NCBI GenBank assembly: GCA_951406725.2
Contig: OX597817.1
Coordinates: 1,302,001 to 1,366,000 of the forward strand
Length of the DNA: 64,000 nucleotides
Direction of reading: 5' to 3'
Source: Octopus vulgaris
Taxonomy: Eukaryota
The translations under genes were made by a program, and so were the position numbers. Positions 26,295 to 41,034 of the stretch are shown here, one piece after another (within the stretch, counting starts at the first letter, position 1; each line of letters starts with the position of its first letter). The notes under the pieces are model-generated. The model was not told the DNA's origin. It saw nothing but the letters and a program-made list of their open reading frames with translations, and searched no databases.

Positions 26295-26653
26295 TTATTA
26301 CCTCTGCCTTAGCGAAGTCGGAGATATTGTTTTCAGTCATATTTGCTTGCTTGTTTGTCCGTGGACAAGGTATCTCAAGAATTACTGGATGGATTCGGAG
26401 GAAACTTTCACAGATGCTTGGCCTCGTGACTGGTTCGATTGATTAGATTTTGGGACAAGGATTCTGGATAATGTTTCCGTTTTCTTTTTACTTAATTTTT
26501 GAGAGCGGTCGGGTTCAGTTTTAGTATTCTCGTTTGTGAGAGCAATCGAGTTTACTTCAGATACTCTCATTTTAAAGATCATTTCTGGCTAATCATTGAG
26601 AGGACGTTGATGTTGCCTTGGCGGAGGTTTGCCACCCTCTAAGTGCTCTTGTT
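26295..26653 (+). mobile_element. Helentron/DINE-1-like non-autonomous element
   Basis: 5' TTATTACCTCTGCC, then a local inverted copy GGAGAT and a GTTT/GCTT microsatellite. 3' GCCTTGGCGGAGGT sub-terminal inverted repeat, short hairpin remnant, and TT end. Confidence 0.7.
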
Positions 26654-27269
26654 ATGATATATCAATATATAGTTATTAAATACATTCATGCATATATATA
26701 TACATATGAAATATCATATAAAATATTATATAATATATAATCATAAGAGAGGTGACCTGCTTATGATTGCAGCTGGAAAAGAGAAACTGCTTGCGCACGA
26801 GTGCACACGCATGCGCCCACTCATACACCATACTCAGTCAAACATACACCCACAAATATGCACCTAACGAAATAATTTTAGTTTATTATATATAATTTCG
26901 TCTCTCTATATCCTGATTTGAAATTGCACCGAGATCTCATGTCAATGAAATATATACTTTGGGGGTTAACTTCTTCAACTGATTCTTGTGTCTCTCATTT
27001 TCATTCAGCCAACAAATTGCAGTTGAAAATCTCGAAGAAATCTTAGTGCTGCTTGCGCTCTAATGGTGGATAAGTTGTGTATCCCATCGGGCACAGAATT
27101 CCTGTGAGGAGCAGTTGTTATTTGGTTTCAAAAATATGATGATGGAATCACTGTGTAAAGTGTCCGTCAGCCGCCATATCCGACGTAAGTCGACAAAAGG
27201 CGGAGGAGAGAGTAATCGTCTTCAGCACAAAAAAAAGTGTGGTTACAGGTTATCTTTAAAGTTATTATT

Positions 27270-27890
27270 GAAGATGGCGACGGGCTGGAACAATCGTTAG
27301 CACAGCGCACAACAATGCTAACCAGCATTCCCTATCATTTTACGGTATGAGTCCAGATTCTACCGGGTCAACTTTGTCTTTCATCCTTTCTTGGTCAATA
27401 AGATGAATTAATTAATAGTCAAATTCTTTGGTCGATGAAATCGACTGATCTTTTCTGCCAGCAAAAGAAAAAAAAGTTGTTTGTCTCGTGCAAAAAACTG
27501 GTAGAATCGTTGCCAGGACGACGGAGAAATGTTTTACAGCATTTGTTCTCGCTCTTTTGTTTTTGTGTTTAAGTCCCGTCGAGTTCGACTGTTTTCCATC
27601 TTTTCGGAGCCCATAAAATGAGCACCAGTTGAACACTAGGGTCGACTTAACTCCACTCTTAAAACTGCTGACCTTATCCCAAAATTTGATACCCTTAATA
27701 TTGTTAGCGCTGTGAATATCTTGATTTATTTGTGTCGGACAAAGTGCCTTGTGGTATTTAGTTACAGCTCTTTACATTCTGAGTATAAATCCCATAGCAG
27801 TCAAACTTGCCTTTTAACCGCCTTATATTGATAAAATAAAGCATCAGTCAAATAATGGAGTCAATTTTTGTGGCATTATGCATATGCTAG
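27270..27890 (+). mobile_element. Tandem degenerate SINE family A copies
   Basis: AATCGTTAGCAC/AGAATCGTTG heads and CTTTCATCCTTT..GATAAAATAA cores repeated three times. Confidence 0.65.
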
Positions 27891-29423
27891 GAATTATTAT
27901 TAATACTGATGCGTTTGTCTCGGCCCAGTATTGAGCTCAAGCCCCACCGAAATCGACTTTGTTTTACTTTTTCTTTTATAAAATTAAGGGTTTATAATGT
28001 AAAGTATCAGTAGAATTTATCATTACCAGAGAGCACACAGGACGTTGAAATGAAGTCATTGAAAGTAGCTAGGGACACCAGCTCCACGTTCTGGTTTCAA
28101 ATTTCTGATGTATCAGCTTTGCTTTTCAACTTTTCAGTACCATTAAAATTATTAGAAGGATCAGGTAGCGATTATTATTGCACTCAAAACAGGGCATACC
28201 GCATAATTCCTGAAATATGCTTATCCGTAAATTAATTATCCACATCGATAAAAATTATACTTGAAATATAAATATCAAAGATTTTTTTACAATTTCTAGG
28301 TTTCAAATTTCGAAGACTTCGACGTTTGGACCAATCTCCAGCATTGTTACAAGAGTATGATAAGCCGATAAATAGTTCCTAGACAAATAATGTTTACCGT
28401 TTTATAGAGCTGAAAAACAAGATGCCGCAGATAACATGGTCGTTCCAAAAGCTTCCCTATTTTCGTCATATTATGCGTGTCGTTCCTTTTAGCCAAAATT
28501 AATTTTACTCAGTTCATTATTCGAACTAGAAATGATTTCTCGACTCGGTAATAATGTATCTCAAATTCGACTGCAAAGAGAAATTATCGCCGAGGTTTCG
28601 ATGTAGAAATCAATTGATTTTCGTGATGTAGAAGGGAATTGATCTTCGTGACGTAGACTCCTGCAATACTGCATTGCAAACAAAACACACCGTCAGACAC
28701 TGTAAGGGTTTTGTTTCTCCACCACCGCGGAATGATCTTTTTCTTATTGGTTTTAGAAGAGTGAAAGGTTAAGTGATCTTGACAGGATTTAAACCCACAA
28801 AGCAAGAAGCTGGAAAATATACTGCGAGGCATTTTTGTCTAACAAAAATACCTTTGGACATTTTTGTCCAGAAAATATAGAGTATATCCTGAGATATTGG
28901 CTCTGCCCATTCACCTACATTAGGACAGTAAATCGCATAGAGGTAAAGAGGGTTGGGGTTACTGCTTTGCCCATAGTTGTGTTTTTTAAACATTCTTTTT
29001 CGTTTAATCTCGATATGTATTACTTTCTTGCGAAAATATGCCCAGTGAATGCAATGCTATGCTAGAAAGACTTCTGATAAATTCACCAATAATTCTGAAG
29101 AAATTTATTAAAAGAAGTTCAGAGTTTTAAATTAGGAAACCGTTAATTATTTGATTTTCGTCTGATTAAATGTCAAATATAGTTGATTTTATGGAAATAT
29201 TAATATCATCATTACAGATGTAATTATATAGAATAAATGAGAAATTAATTGAACCATCCTGTCAAACAAACAAAAATTTAATTTATTGAGACCTCTTGTA
29301 ACTTTTCGCTTAATATATTTTACACACACATACACACACAAATGTGTTTATGCATATATACATACACACATGCACACGCATAAATATATATAGATATATA
29401 CACGAACATATATATTCATATGC

Positions 29424-29497
<74 letters not shown>

Positions 29498-30134
29498 ATA
29501 CACGTAATCCCTCTATATGTGTGAATGTGTGTATTAAGTTTCGTGCTGTAATACTAGACTTAAAGCCCAACTTTTATAGGCCTTCAGGAGGAGTAGGAAA
29601 GATACGTACTTTTTATTTAAGAAAATAACTGATTCACAAACCATCGCACTCACTAATATAGTCCCTCTTACACAGGTTTTATCTATGTATGAATGTGTGT
29701 GTGCGCTTGATAAAAGGATGTAGCAGAAGGGAAACATGAAAGGAACATACGGTAAAATAGGGTAAAAATACACAAAGCGGGCATGCTCTCTCCCTCATCA
29801 GGTGTCGAACACATAGCATCATAATTTTGACAAAATACGATAATATTGTTCAATTTGGCGGTGTCAGCAGCATAATCTACTAGGATATACATGAATATCA
29901 TAAACGGACACGCAAAGAAAAAATAAGGCAAGTACAATTATAAGGAGGGATGCGGTCTCTAGACCAAACTGTAATAAAAAACGAATTTGAAGGAGAACAG
30001 AAAATATATATATAAAACGGAAGAAACAAAGGAGCAAGGGTAATAACAAAAAATTCTAGTAACATCACAGGTTTCTGTATACATAGAATATCCTTCGACT
30101 ATGCGACAAAAATAAGACAACACTGAGAATATTA

Positions 30135-30178
<44 letters not shown>

Positions 30179-31259
30179 AAAAAAACATTTCAAATGTTAG
30201 ACAAACTGGAAGCTGGAACGTCCTCGAAATTTAGCGGTCCGGTAAAAGTTCGAGGCTTAAGAAAACTACAAGAGCAAGGGTCGATTTGTTCGATCAAAAA
30301 GCCAAGAGAGATTGGGACGTCGACATGTAGAGAGAGATGTTACATAAAAATGAAAACCTCTGGTAAGTGAGGTGGGGAAGTGCGTATAGTGTTACAATAT
30401 ATGTATGTATTTATATTATGTATATCACTCATGAATACTATACTGGGATCCCCGTTGACAGGCCCCTGATATTTAAAATTAAGTTTTAACACTCACTGTA
30501 TGCAAATTAGGAGCCCCAGTTTTCTGTAGCTATTGTAATTGTTGAGTATACAAAGAGATTGGCTGCTTGTCTTTCTTAGTCTGGTCAATTTGGTGTAGAT
30601 TCCTCTGATAAAAAAATCCTATAAGATTCGAAAATCAGTAGTCAGAAAGAAAGTTAGAAAGAAGGTTAGCTGACTACTGCCTTCAACAAGTCAACAATGG
30701 CTTTTCCTGTCCTCATAAACCGTTCTTCAGAATGCATTCAAATGAATTTTTCCACCGTCCAGGCTAAAAAAAACCCTTATTGTTAGTTTCTCCTTGTCCT
30801 GTCTTTAACTGTTTTTATCTTTATTTGTATTGTTTTTTTCTTTATTTGTATTGCTTTACGTCCTATTCTTCTCACCTTTTTTTACTCCACCCCCGCAAAT
30901 TTTTTTTATTTAATTCGCTTTGCGAGAAGGAATGTTTCCAAGTAATCGTGTTCTGCCCTTACCTTCGAAACACGCAATGAGTTGAAACGGGGGCAGCCGA
31001 AGAAGGGGAATGTTCCTTGTGTTGTATGTCTGGTACTCTGTTTTTTCGTTGTTAAAAAAAGTCCGTTTCCTTGTTTTGTTTTTTTATGTTTTCGTTTCTC
31101 GTTGTGTTCTACGTTTTCTTGTGGTGTCCTGTACCCATATATGCATGTATATATACATATAGATGTAGATATGTACAGATATGTATGCATGTATGCATAT
31201 GTTTTATTTATTAAATTGTTATTATATGATTGAACGCCACGCGTCGTTCTTCCAAGTAA

Positions 31260-31323
<64 letters not shown>

Positions 31324-31344
31324 CATACATATATACATATATAT

Positions 31345-31375
<31 letters not shown>

Positions 31376-31399
31376 TATATGTATGTATGTATTATTATT

Positions 31400-31565
31400 T
31401 TATAGGCTTAAAGCTTGTAAGCGATCACCGTGAAATGAGTAAAGAAAGTAATCTAATAATGGGGCGTATAAGCCCTCGGCGGAAAAAGGTAGGTTTTCCC
31501 GTACGCATGGGACTCGAACTCGTATCCCTTTGCTTTCCCGACAAGTATGCTAGCCATTTACACCT
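31400..31565 (-). mobile_element. Element with a tRNA-like head
   Basis: Minus strand GGTGTAAATGGCTAGCAT..GAGTTCGAGTCCC (A and B boxes) followed by CTTTTTC. Confidence 0.6.
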
Positions 31566-31585
31566 GTCTGTGTGTCTATTTGTGC

Positions 31586-31637
<52 letters not shown>

Positions 31638-31820
31638 GCCAATCCATCTGTCTGCCTGACTGCCTGCCTGGCTCTATGCATGCGTATGTATGTAATTATA
31701 CACATATAAACATATGCGTATGAATAGATAATTGATTATATGTGTGTATGTGTGTGTATATGTATATGCTTGTGTGTGCAAGCTTGTATATGTGCATATC
31801 ATATATATATATATATATAT

Positions 31821-31868
<48 letters not shown>

Positions 31869-32740
31869 GTATGTATATATATATATATATAAAACATATA
31901 TATATATATATGCATATATATGTATATATGTATGTATATATATAAACATACATAGTCTATATGTAGTAATGTGTCGTGTATATATATATACAATATCTAA
32001 AATCAATTACACACTCATACAATACATGTACATACACACACACATACACACTTGCAAATAAATACATAAATATAGACCCGTTATATTGATTTTTATGTCA
32101 GTTTTCTACATACATACATATTTAAAGACATACGCACATACATGCATACACACATACAGTAATTTAATTATCTATACACGCCCCCGCCACACATAAACTA
32201 AAGCATATATACATAAATATGTGTGTGTATATATATATGTGTGTTCAACGTGACACTAACATGCATCACTAATCGGATGTTATGGCGAAAATAAATAGAG
32301 AAACACGCAGAAATAAGTAATCTTTAACCCCTGCATATAAACATCGGTATAACCTCTTTCCTTGAACCTTTCCATTCGCTAAGATCCCCATGAAAACCCC
32401 ACTTCCACCCCCTTCTGCAACAACTGCTTCACAAAGAAGCGAACACACAAATAATTGCTGAACTGGTTAAAATAATTCTGTTTTATTGTAAGATCAATAA
32501 ATAGATATGAACTGTTTTGTTTTGTTGTGTTTTTATGTATCGTATGTATGTATGTATGTATGTATGTGTGTATGTGTATGTATGTATGTATGTTCAGGTA
32601 TGTATATATGTCTTGGTGAATGTATGTGGATGCATCTTACTGCATGGTTTGTGTGTGTGTTTGTGCACGTCTTTTGCGTCCAACGATCTTTCTTATATAT
32701 ATATATATATATTTGCATATTTATGTCTTGTGTTTGTGTA

Positions 32741-32774
<34 letters not shown>

Positions 32775-32981
32775 TATTGTTTACAAAGTGTATACATAGC
32801 TATTTATTTATGGTTGTAGGTGTGCGTATGTTTTTTCTTTTTGTTCGAAAGCTTTGTAAGGACGTCTTACTTTCTGTGTATGTCCGTATGTATGTATGTA
32901 TGAACAACGGAAATCTTACGCGCGCGCTAGCGTGTGTATATGTGTATGTTTTTATTTCTCTCTCACTCTCCCTCCCTCCCA

Positions 32982-33171
<190 letters not shown>

Positions 33172-33269
33172 TTGTGCATATATACACCCCCACTCACATG
33201 CACACACACACACGTACACAGGCATGTATATATACAAATAAATACACGCATATATTTACACAAATATAT

Positions 33270-33312
<43 letters not shown>

Positions 33313-33336
33313 CACACATACATACTCACACGCGCG

Positions 33337-33376
<40 letters not shown>

Positions 33377-34965
33377 GAGAGAGAGAGAGAGATGGGAGAA
33401 CGAGAGCGTGAGAGGGAGAAAGACAGAGAAATGGACCCAGATCGATGGTTAGATATAGGGAGAGAAAGATGTGTGTGCGTGTGCGCGTATGTCTTGATGC
33501 CTTAGCGTAAAGAATGCAAGGATTATTTGTTGATGTTTTAGAGTGAATTGTTTTGTAAATTATACAGTTTTGTTTTTATGTTACACGATGTTGTGTGTCG
33601 TAAATGTTATTATGCTTTATATTTTAAATAACGAAGCTTTGTTTTATGTTGTATACATTGATGTTATTACTGTGCAAATAATTAATTCGCTGGATTAATT
33701 GCATGCCATACAGCTAAGCCATCGCAAAGGGAAACAAAACAGCAGTCCGTGTGGACGACCGTTTCATCGGTGTTACTTTCGCTTTTGTCTTGCATTGCCT
33801 TCGCATTTGCTGCTGCTGCTGCTGCTGCTGTTGTTTTTGCTATTGTTTGTTAAACTATACGAATTCTAAGACAAAAATCAATTATTAAACAAAAAAATAA
33901 AAGAAGGAGAAAGAAAAACTATAGATTTTGTTTTGCTTTTAGAATGTTATATACTTTATTTATCATATGTGCGTTCTTCAGCGCTGCGATAAGCCGAGTC
34001 GATAAAGTGTCGGACGAACTAGACATTTGAGATCGATCAATGGCTCTTATCCCTTGTCAATCGTTTTATACCATCTTCACAATCAAGGCAATTAACTCTC
34101 TCTTTGTCTGCCTCCTATGTTTCTATGTTTCTTTCTGTGTTCACCTTGTTGGTATATGCACGAATGACCGTCTAGTCATTTTTTTTTTCAGACCGTGTAT
34201 TTAATGTCACTATGTCACTGCATCGACCAGATATCGGCTGATTCTATACATCACTGGTCACAAAGCGTTTCCTCGTATTGTTGTAGCTTTCGAATGATGC
34301 CACCCACAAGTTAGGTTGTCAGCCCAGTATTTCCCCTGGGCGGATCACCAGCCTATCGCAGGGTTACCTATTTACGAGGGATTGCTGAACAGTTCCTGGT
34401 TTTAATCGTATTGCAATAGGTCTTGTTGGAGGCCCAACTTTCAAGGCTTAGAAAAACTGAAGGACTGCTGCGATAAGTGTGTGAATCTGAGAGGGCAACA
34501 CGTTGAATAAAATCATAATCAACTGGTCCTCCTGTATTTTCTTTTAGCCAAACTGTGGAACTTTTCAGCACCCCTCGTAATGGCAGCTACGTAACATAAA
34601 ATGTTTGCTCAAGAACAAACGCACCTTCTAGCAATCGAAATCACAGTCTTCCGATCGAGAATCTAACACTGTAATCGTTAGGGCAGGAACCTTCATGTGT
34701 CTAATGTGTCATCTATTTTTATAAGATAGTAAGATGATTTTTCAAGAAAGATATAACTGCTATTTCTAGCAGACAGAGTGACTACACACTGAGATTTCAT
34801 CGATAACTTCTGGTTGAATGTAAGCAATGAATTGTGTGACGATTAGTAAACCCTAATGGTGAAAGGAAATCGTTGCACGGTTCTAAGAGAGAAACATTTC
34901 AAGCAACAACAACAAAGAAGACAAGCTAGCACAACAACAATAACAGTAACAATATAAACAACCGA

Positions 34966-35379
34966 AGGCGGTGAGCGGGCAGAGTGGTTAGCACGTCGGG
35001 CGAAACGCTTTGCGGTATTTTGTCTGTCGTTAGGTTCTGAGTTCAAATTCCGCCGAGGTCGACTTTGCCTTTCATCCTTTCGGGGTCGATAAATTAAGTA
35101 CCAGTTACGCACTGGGGTCGATATAATCGACTTAATCCGTTTGTCTATCCTTGTTTGTCCCCTCTGTGTTTAGCCCCTTGTGGGTTGTAAAGAAATAGGT
35201 ATTTCGTCTGCCGCTACGTTCTGAGTTCAAATTCCGCCGAGGTCAACTTTGCCTTTCATCCTTTCAGGGTCGATTAAATAAGTACCAGTTACGCACTGGG
35301 GTCGATATAATCGACTTCATCCGTTTGTCTGTCCTTGTTTGTCATCTCTATGTTTGGCCCCTTGTGGGCAATAAAGAAA
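34966..35379 (+). mobile_element. Young dimeric SINE family A with 19-bp target-site duplication
   Basis: tRNA head GGCGGTGAGCGGGCAGAGTGGTTAGC..GAGTTCAAATTCC; body duplicated from ~35198; TSD TAACAATATAAACAACCGA at 34947-34965 and 35380-35398. Confidence 0.92.
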
Positions 35380-35759
35380 TAACAATATAAACAACCGACT
35401 AAAAATTGTTTAAGGCGGAGCCCCAGCATGGCCGCAGTGCAATGACTGGAGTAAGTAAAAGGTAAAGATAAACAAAAGTAACAGCAACCACATCAACAAC
35501 AGAGGTAATTTAATGAATGGCACCAACCCCCAACAAAGCAACGTAAGACAAAAAGCAACATCAACTGTTGTAAGAATAAAACTAAAAGAAACAAACTACG
35601 GCAAAAGTATCACTCCTCTTCTATCATCGTCATCTTCATCATCATCATTATAACCATCAGCATCAACGTCACCACCATCGTCGTCATCATCAACAGATGG
35701 ATACATTTGTAAAAGTAGACCTAAAATCTCCAAGACGTTATATACATATATATATATAT

Positions 35760-35985
35760 AGGCGTGGTACATTACATGTAGGGCAGACGGGCCGGCGTTT
35801 GGCCGACAGGTTCACCGAACATCTAAGGGGTGTTCAACTGCGTTCGAACGCCCTCGTCGCCTGGCACTTCTGCTTGGCCAACCACTTCCTCTCTAACATC
35901 TCCGACTTGGGCCTCGCTATGGGCCACGGAACCACACAGTCGACTCCGCCTAGAACAGCGCCATATTTTAATCTACGAACAACTA
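35760..35985 (+). pseudogene. Penelope-like GIY-YIG endonuclease fragment
   Basis: [38 protein letters not shown]; flanked by TA-rich repeats. Confidence 0.8.
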
Positions 35986-36064
35986 TCCACTTATGTACGA
36001 ATATATATACGTGCATATACATATATATATGTATATATATACGTATATATACATTTATATATAC

Positions 36065-36112
<48 letters not shown>

Positions 36113-36174
36113 TTATATATACGTATATATATACGTATATATACATATATATACGTATATATATATATATATAG

Positions 36175-36222
<48 letters not shown>

Positions 36223-36744
36223 TACATATAAACACCTCTCAGATATAGACACATGGGGTTTGCGCTGGCACAAAACTCACACACACGTCGTACAATGGCC
36301 AACAACAATTAAGACAACAGAAGAGAAGGAACAACATAAACAACCGTGTTACAAACAAACCAACGACAGAAACCGTAATTACGAGGCAGAACCAAATGAA
36401 AAGACGGCAACAATGAAATCCACAACAAACATGAAAAACAAAAACAAACACAACAACACAGACAACCACTACTACGTTGTCAACAACACAGAATTATATC
36501 TCAAAAAAAAAAAAAAAGAAAAGAAAAGAAAAAAGAAAAGAAAAGCAAAAATTCACCTTCAAGTCCACAACAATTACAACAAAGAACTTGGCAACGGTAC
36601 ACAAGACATTTCATCTTTGATCTTTTGCCCCCTCTCTTCATATTACCATATAAAAAGCTTGGCGTGTTCTTTTTTTTTTGTGTGTGTGTTCTGTCAATTT
36701 GATTAACCCGAAAACTTTTTTCTATATTCTCCGTTTAACTTCAA

Positions 36745-36877
<133 letters not shown>

Positions 36878-36944
36878 ATTCTGCTGCTACTCACGGATAT
36901 ATTAATGTTAGTTATATAATAATATATATATATATATAAATATG

Positions 36945-36994
<50 letters not shown>

Positions 36995-37015
36995 TATGTA
37001 TATATATATATACAT

Positions 37016-37063
<48 letters not shown>

Positions 37064-37329
37064 GTATGTGTATATGTATGTATGTAAGTATGTATACGTA
37101 TTCATATATGTGTACTTATGTATAGTGTCTATTGCTGCATCCTATCGTCGAATCATGGTGGTTGGATTCCAATTATATAAAAACAACAATCTTCAGTGGA
37201 TTTTCACGGTAGTTGAAGAAGCAGAAGACAAGGCGCCAATGTCGCGTGACGTGTGACATCACACGGTCTTTGTATATTGCTCTAAAAAGCGAGACAACCA
37301 AGACCGTGTTCGCAAGTCGTTTAAGAAAG

Positions 37330-37780
37330 GTGAGTCATGGGAGAAACTAAAACTGGGGAGAATCCACAGGCTGTCTGTATCTGTGGCTTCAGTTATTTCA
37401 TAAGCAGGTCTACATCGAATTCTAAAATATATTATGGCAGTTATAAATGATGTAGAGTTTGAAGCAGTCACAGAGGATGATGCGGATGAGTTGTCTGTGT
37501 CCCATAATGAACGTTTACTTAATTAGGAGCTGATGCTGTTAGAACAAGAGAAGAGAGAAGACAGAAGCTCCACCAAATGCATTTAAACTGACGACAAGGA
37601 GTATTGCTGAAGAGTTAGAACTTCTGAGGGTTGGTTTGCAGAATTTTTCTTATAACAACCCGAACCGTGAATGTAACATTAAATTTACAACAGAACTTTA
37701 CAATCAGCTCAGTTTCCACACTGAGCTGTATGAAGAGATGATGTGCCGTAAACATTAAATAACTTTAAATAAAGATGTTG
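37330..37780 (+). pseudogene. Tigger/pogo transposase C-terminal remnant
   Basis: FEAVTEDDADELSVSHNERLLN*ELMLLEQE..KLTTRSIAE..FSYNNPNRE..ELYEE matches the Tigger pattern F.DV..DD..ELL.SH..ELTNEDL..DPN.ER..Y.E; contains stops and a frameshift. Confidence 0.7.
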
Positions 37781-38149
37781 ATGATAATGAGCTTACAAGT
37801 TTGAAGATAGTATTCCTCATCCTCCGACTGGCTTTCATTCCAGAACCAACAGCTTGTCACACAGCAAACATATTTTTTGCGGCCGAAACTTACGATTCTT
37901 ATTCACTAGCGAGTTCCTCTTCAGATGTTCTTATATATTTATACTGTACTTTGTGAAGAAACTATTTTTACTCATAACGGCGGTCGCATTGCTTGTTTTG
38001 CTTCTGTTAGTGCTACAAAAAACAAACAAAAAAATAAACCCCAAGAAACGTCGGAACGCACTCTAAGAGGATTTCGCGTTACAGCAAGTGTTCAGGAATG
38101 CGTTGATTCCATAACAAGAGGCTCATGTATTTATTCATGTACACACACA

Positions 38150-38232
<83 letters not shown>

Positions 38233-38812
38233 ACTCACACACACACACACATGATGTTTGTGTGCGTGCCTATTTGTGGGTGTATATGTGTGTATAAATA
38301 ATTTTTCAATCCAATCTTTATACGTTCTGGAAGATTCGAACATGAATTTTGATCTACACCGGTGAATCGCCTGTTATGAACGCACATTACCTGGGAGTGG
38401 TTTCTGACGAAACTCATTAACTGTGCTCTTGCCAGACTCTTCGGAATACTAGAGTAGTTTTGAGTGCGGAGACACAATAAAAGGCGGAAATATCGCAGGG
38501 GTCTCAATATCCCCCAACAGCGTTGAACTTTGAGCTGTATGTGTTATGAACGGACATCGTTTAAAGGGAGAAGGCGTTCTCCGATGACGAAAAACAACAG
38601 CGATTAGATATTCACGTTCAAATCTGCCGAAACGTATGAATGAAAGGATACATTATTGTGTGGATGTATGCTGTTTTGTGTGCACCCTATGGATTATTAT
38701 GTATATAAATATATGAATAAATACGTATGTATGTGCAAGTGTGCGTTCGCGCGAGCGTACATTATGCACAACATTCGCGTTTACGTATGCGTACATATAT
38801 ATAAATATACGC

Positions 38813-38871
<59 letters not shown>

Positions 38872-39167
38872 CATATATATGAGTGTGTATGAATAAATAC
38901 ATGCATATATACATACATACACCTCTCAAATATTAAATAAAGTTTATAGGACACTCTATTCATCCAATAAATATTCCATTTATCTCCTAATTCAATTCCA
39001 TTTACGCAATCCCCTATGTACACACATACACACATATTTACATATACACATAAATACATAATTCAAAATAGAAACCCACACAAACATACGCTGAAAGAGA
39101 TACTTATCCTAAGGGAATGATATAATGATGGTAATAAATTTACGCAATTTTTTCAACTCTCTCTCTC

Positions 39168-39227
<60 letters not shown>

Positions 39228-39746
39228 GTTGTAGTAGTAGTTGTTGCTATTGCATTTTTTTTTATTGTTTTCTGAGAATTTTATGACGAAATTCCTCCTA
39301 TAAAGTAACAGCGATAAGAACAAGGAAAGAATAAATGGAAAGAGAGAGAAAGACAACGAAGGGTGAAAGTAAGAGAAAATACAAGATTCATAAAGGATGG
39401 AGCAATCCAGCCAAACAAACAAGACATTACACAACAACAACAACAACAACAACAACGGCAACAACAAATGACATTAACCACGTTGACAATAACAACAACA
39501 ATTTCATTGACAACAAAAACGAAAATCTGAAAAAGAAGAGCAAAACAAAACAAAAAAAACAAACAAGGAGACCACACAACGACAACGGGTGAAAGCAATA
39601 ATCACAACAACAACAACGATAACAACAACAAAACATCATCAACAACAAACAGCTAAACAAGAAAATGGAGATCAAACAACGTAAATAACATCAACAACAA
39701 TAAATCACAACGACAAATACTTTTATAAATAATTGCTTTAGTCATG

Positions 39747-40410
39747 CCACCACCACCTCCACCACCACCACCACCACCACCACCACCACCACCACCACCA
39801 CCACCACCACCACCACCACCACCACCACCACCACCCACCACCACCACCACCACCACCACCACCACCACCACCATCACCACCACCACCACCACCACCCCAC
39901 CACCACCACCACCACCACCACCACCACCACCACCACCACCACCACCACCACCACCACCACCACCACCACCACCACCACCACCACCACCACCACCACCACC
40001 ACCACCACCACCACCACCACCACCACCACCTCCACCACCACCACCTCCACCACCCACCACAACCACCACCACCGCCACCACCCACCACAACCACCACCAC
40101 CACCACCACCACCACCTCCACCACCACCAACATCAACAACAACCACCACCACCAACACCAACACCAACACCACAAACGTTATCACCACAAATGCAACCTT
40201 CTACATCACAATCTCCGCCCCCCCCCCACTGATATCACCACTACCGCCGCCACTGCAACCGCCACTGCCACCACCGTTTCCACCGCCGCCACCACTGCCG
40301 CCACCACTGCCGCCACCACTGCCGCCACCACTGCCGCCACCACTGCCGCAACCACTGCCGCCACCACTGCCGCCTCCATCATCTCCGCCTCCATCGCCTC
40401 CGCCGCCTCC
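39747..40410. repeat. (CCA)n tract followed by a (GCCGCCACCACT)n minisatellite
   Basis: Directly visible; 12-bp unit repeated about 7 times at 40283-40370. Confidence 0.95.
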
Positions 40411-40566
40411 GCTGTTTTCTACTATGGTATGTGTTTATTTTCTGAAACCTGTGTCTATATTCATTTCCTTTAGTTTGACACGGTGGTCCTATATTCTATG
40501 TCAAAATTCGTTGAACTGGCTATATGTGTGTGTGTGTGTGTATCTTCTTCCCTATATATCTCTTCC

Positions 40567-40613
<47 letters not shown>

Positions 40614-40632
40614 TATATGCAAACCCATGTAT

Positions 40633-40664
<32 letters not shown>

Positions 40665-40685
40665 TGATATCATTATATATATTTC

Positions 40686-40944
40686 TTTTTTTGGGAACGG
40701 TGAAACTCGAAGCAGATAAAACTATAAATGATAGCGTGTGAATACTGGGTTAAAAAACGTTTGGACAGAAAAAGTCGAACGCTACCTACCCGTAGTACAA
40801 GGTCTGTCATATTTACAGAAAATGCAGGTTCGCGTCCCATGGGCAGCCTTCGACTTTTTCTAACCAAAGGTTTTTGTTCTTCTTCCAGTCCAATATTGAT
40901 ACATATTTATAGTTTCATCTGGTTCGAATTTCGCTATTCAAAGA
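40686..40944 (+). mobile_element. Fold-back element with a central tRNA-like cassette
   Basis: Inverted arms 40686-40786 and 40842-40944; core carries TAGTACAAGG (A-box-like) and GGTTCGCGTCCC (B box). Confidence 0.65.
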
Positions 40945-40995
40945 TAAACAAACTCCTGATTATTTCATATTCTCTTGAAATTTCTAATTTCTCGT

Positions 40996-41032
<37 letters not shown>

Positions 41033-41034
41033 TT

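Noticed and set aside
34966-35055. Genuine tRNA gene
   Set aside because: The A and B boxes continue into a SINE body with a TSD, so this is a SINE head, not a tRNA gene
39653-40394. Poly-Pro/Gly/Val ORFs resembling an extensin or mucin
   Set aside because: Pure (CCA)n repeat open in many frames, with no splice or domain evidence
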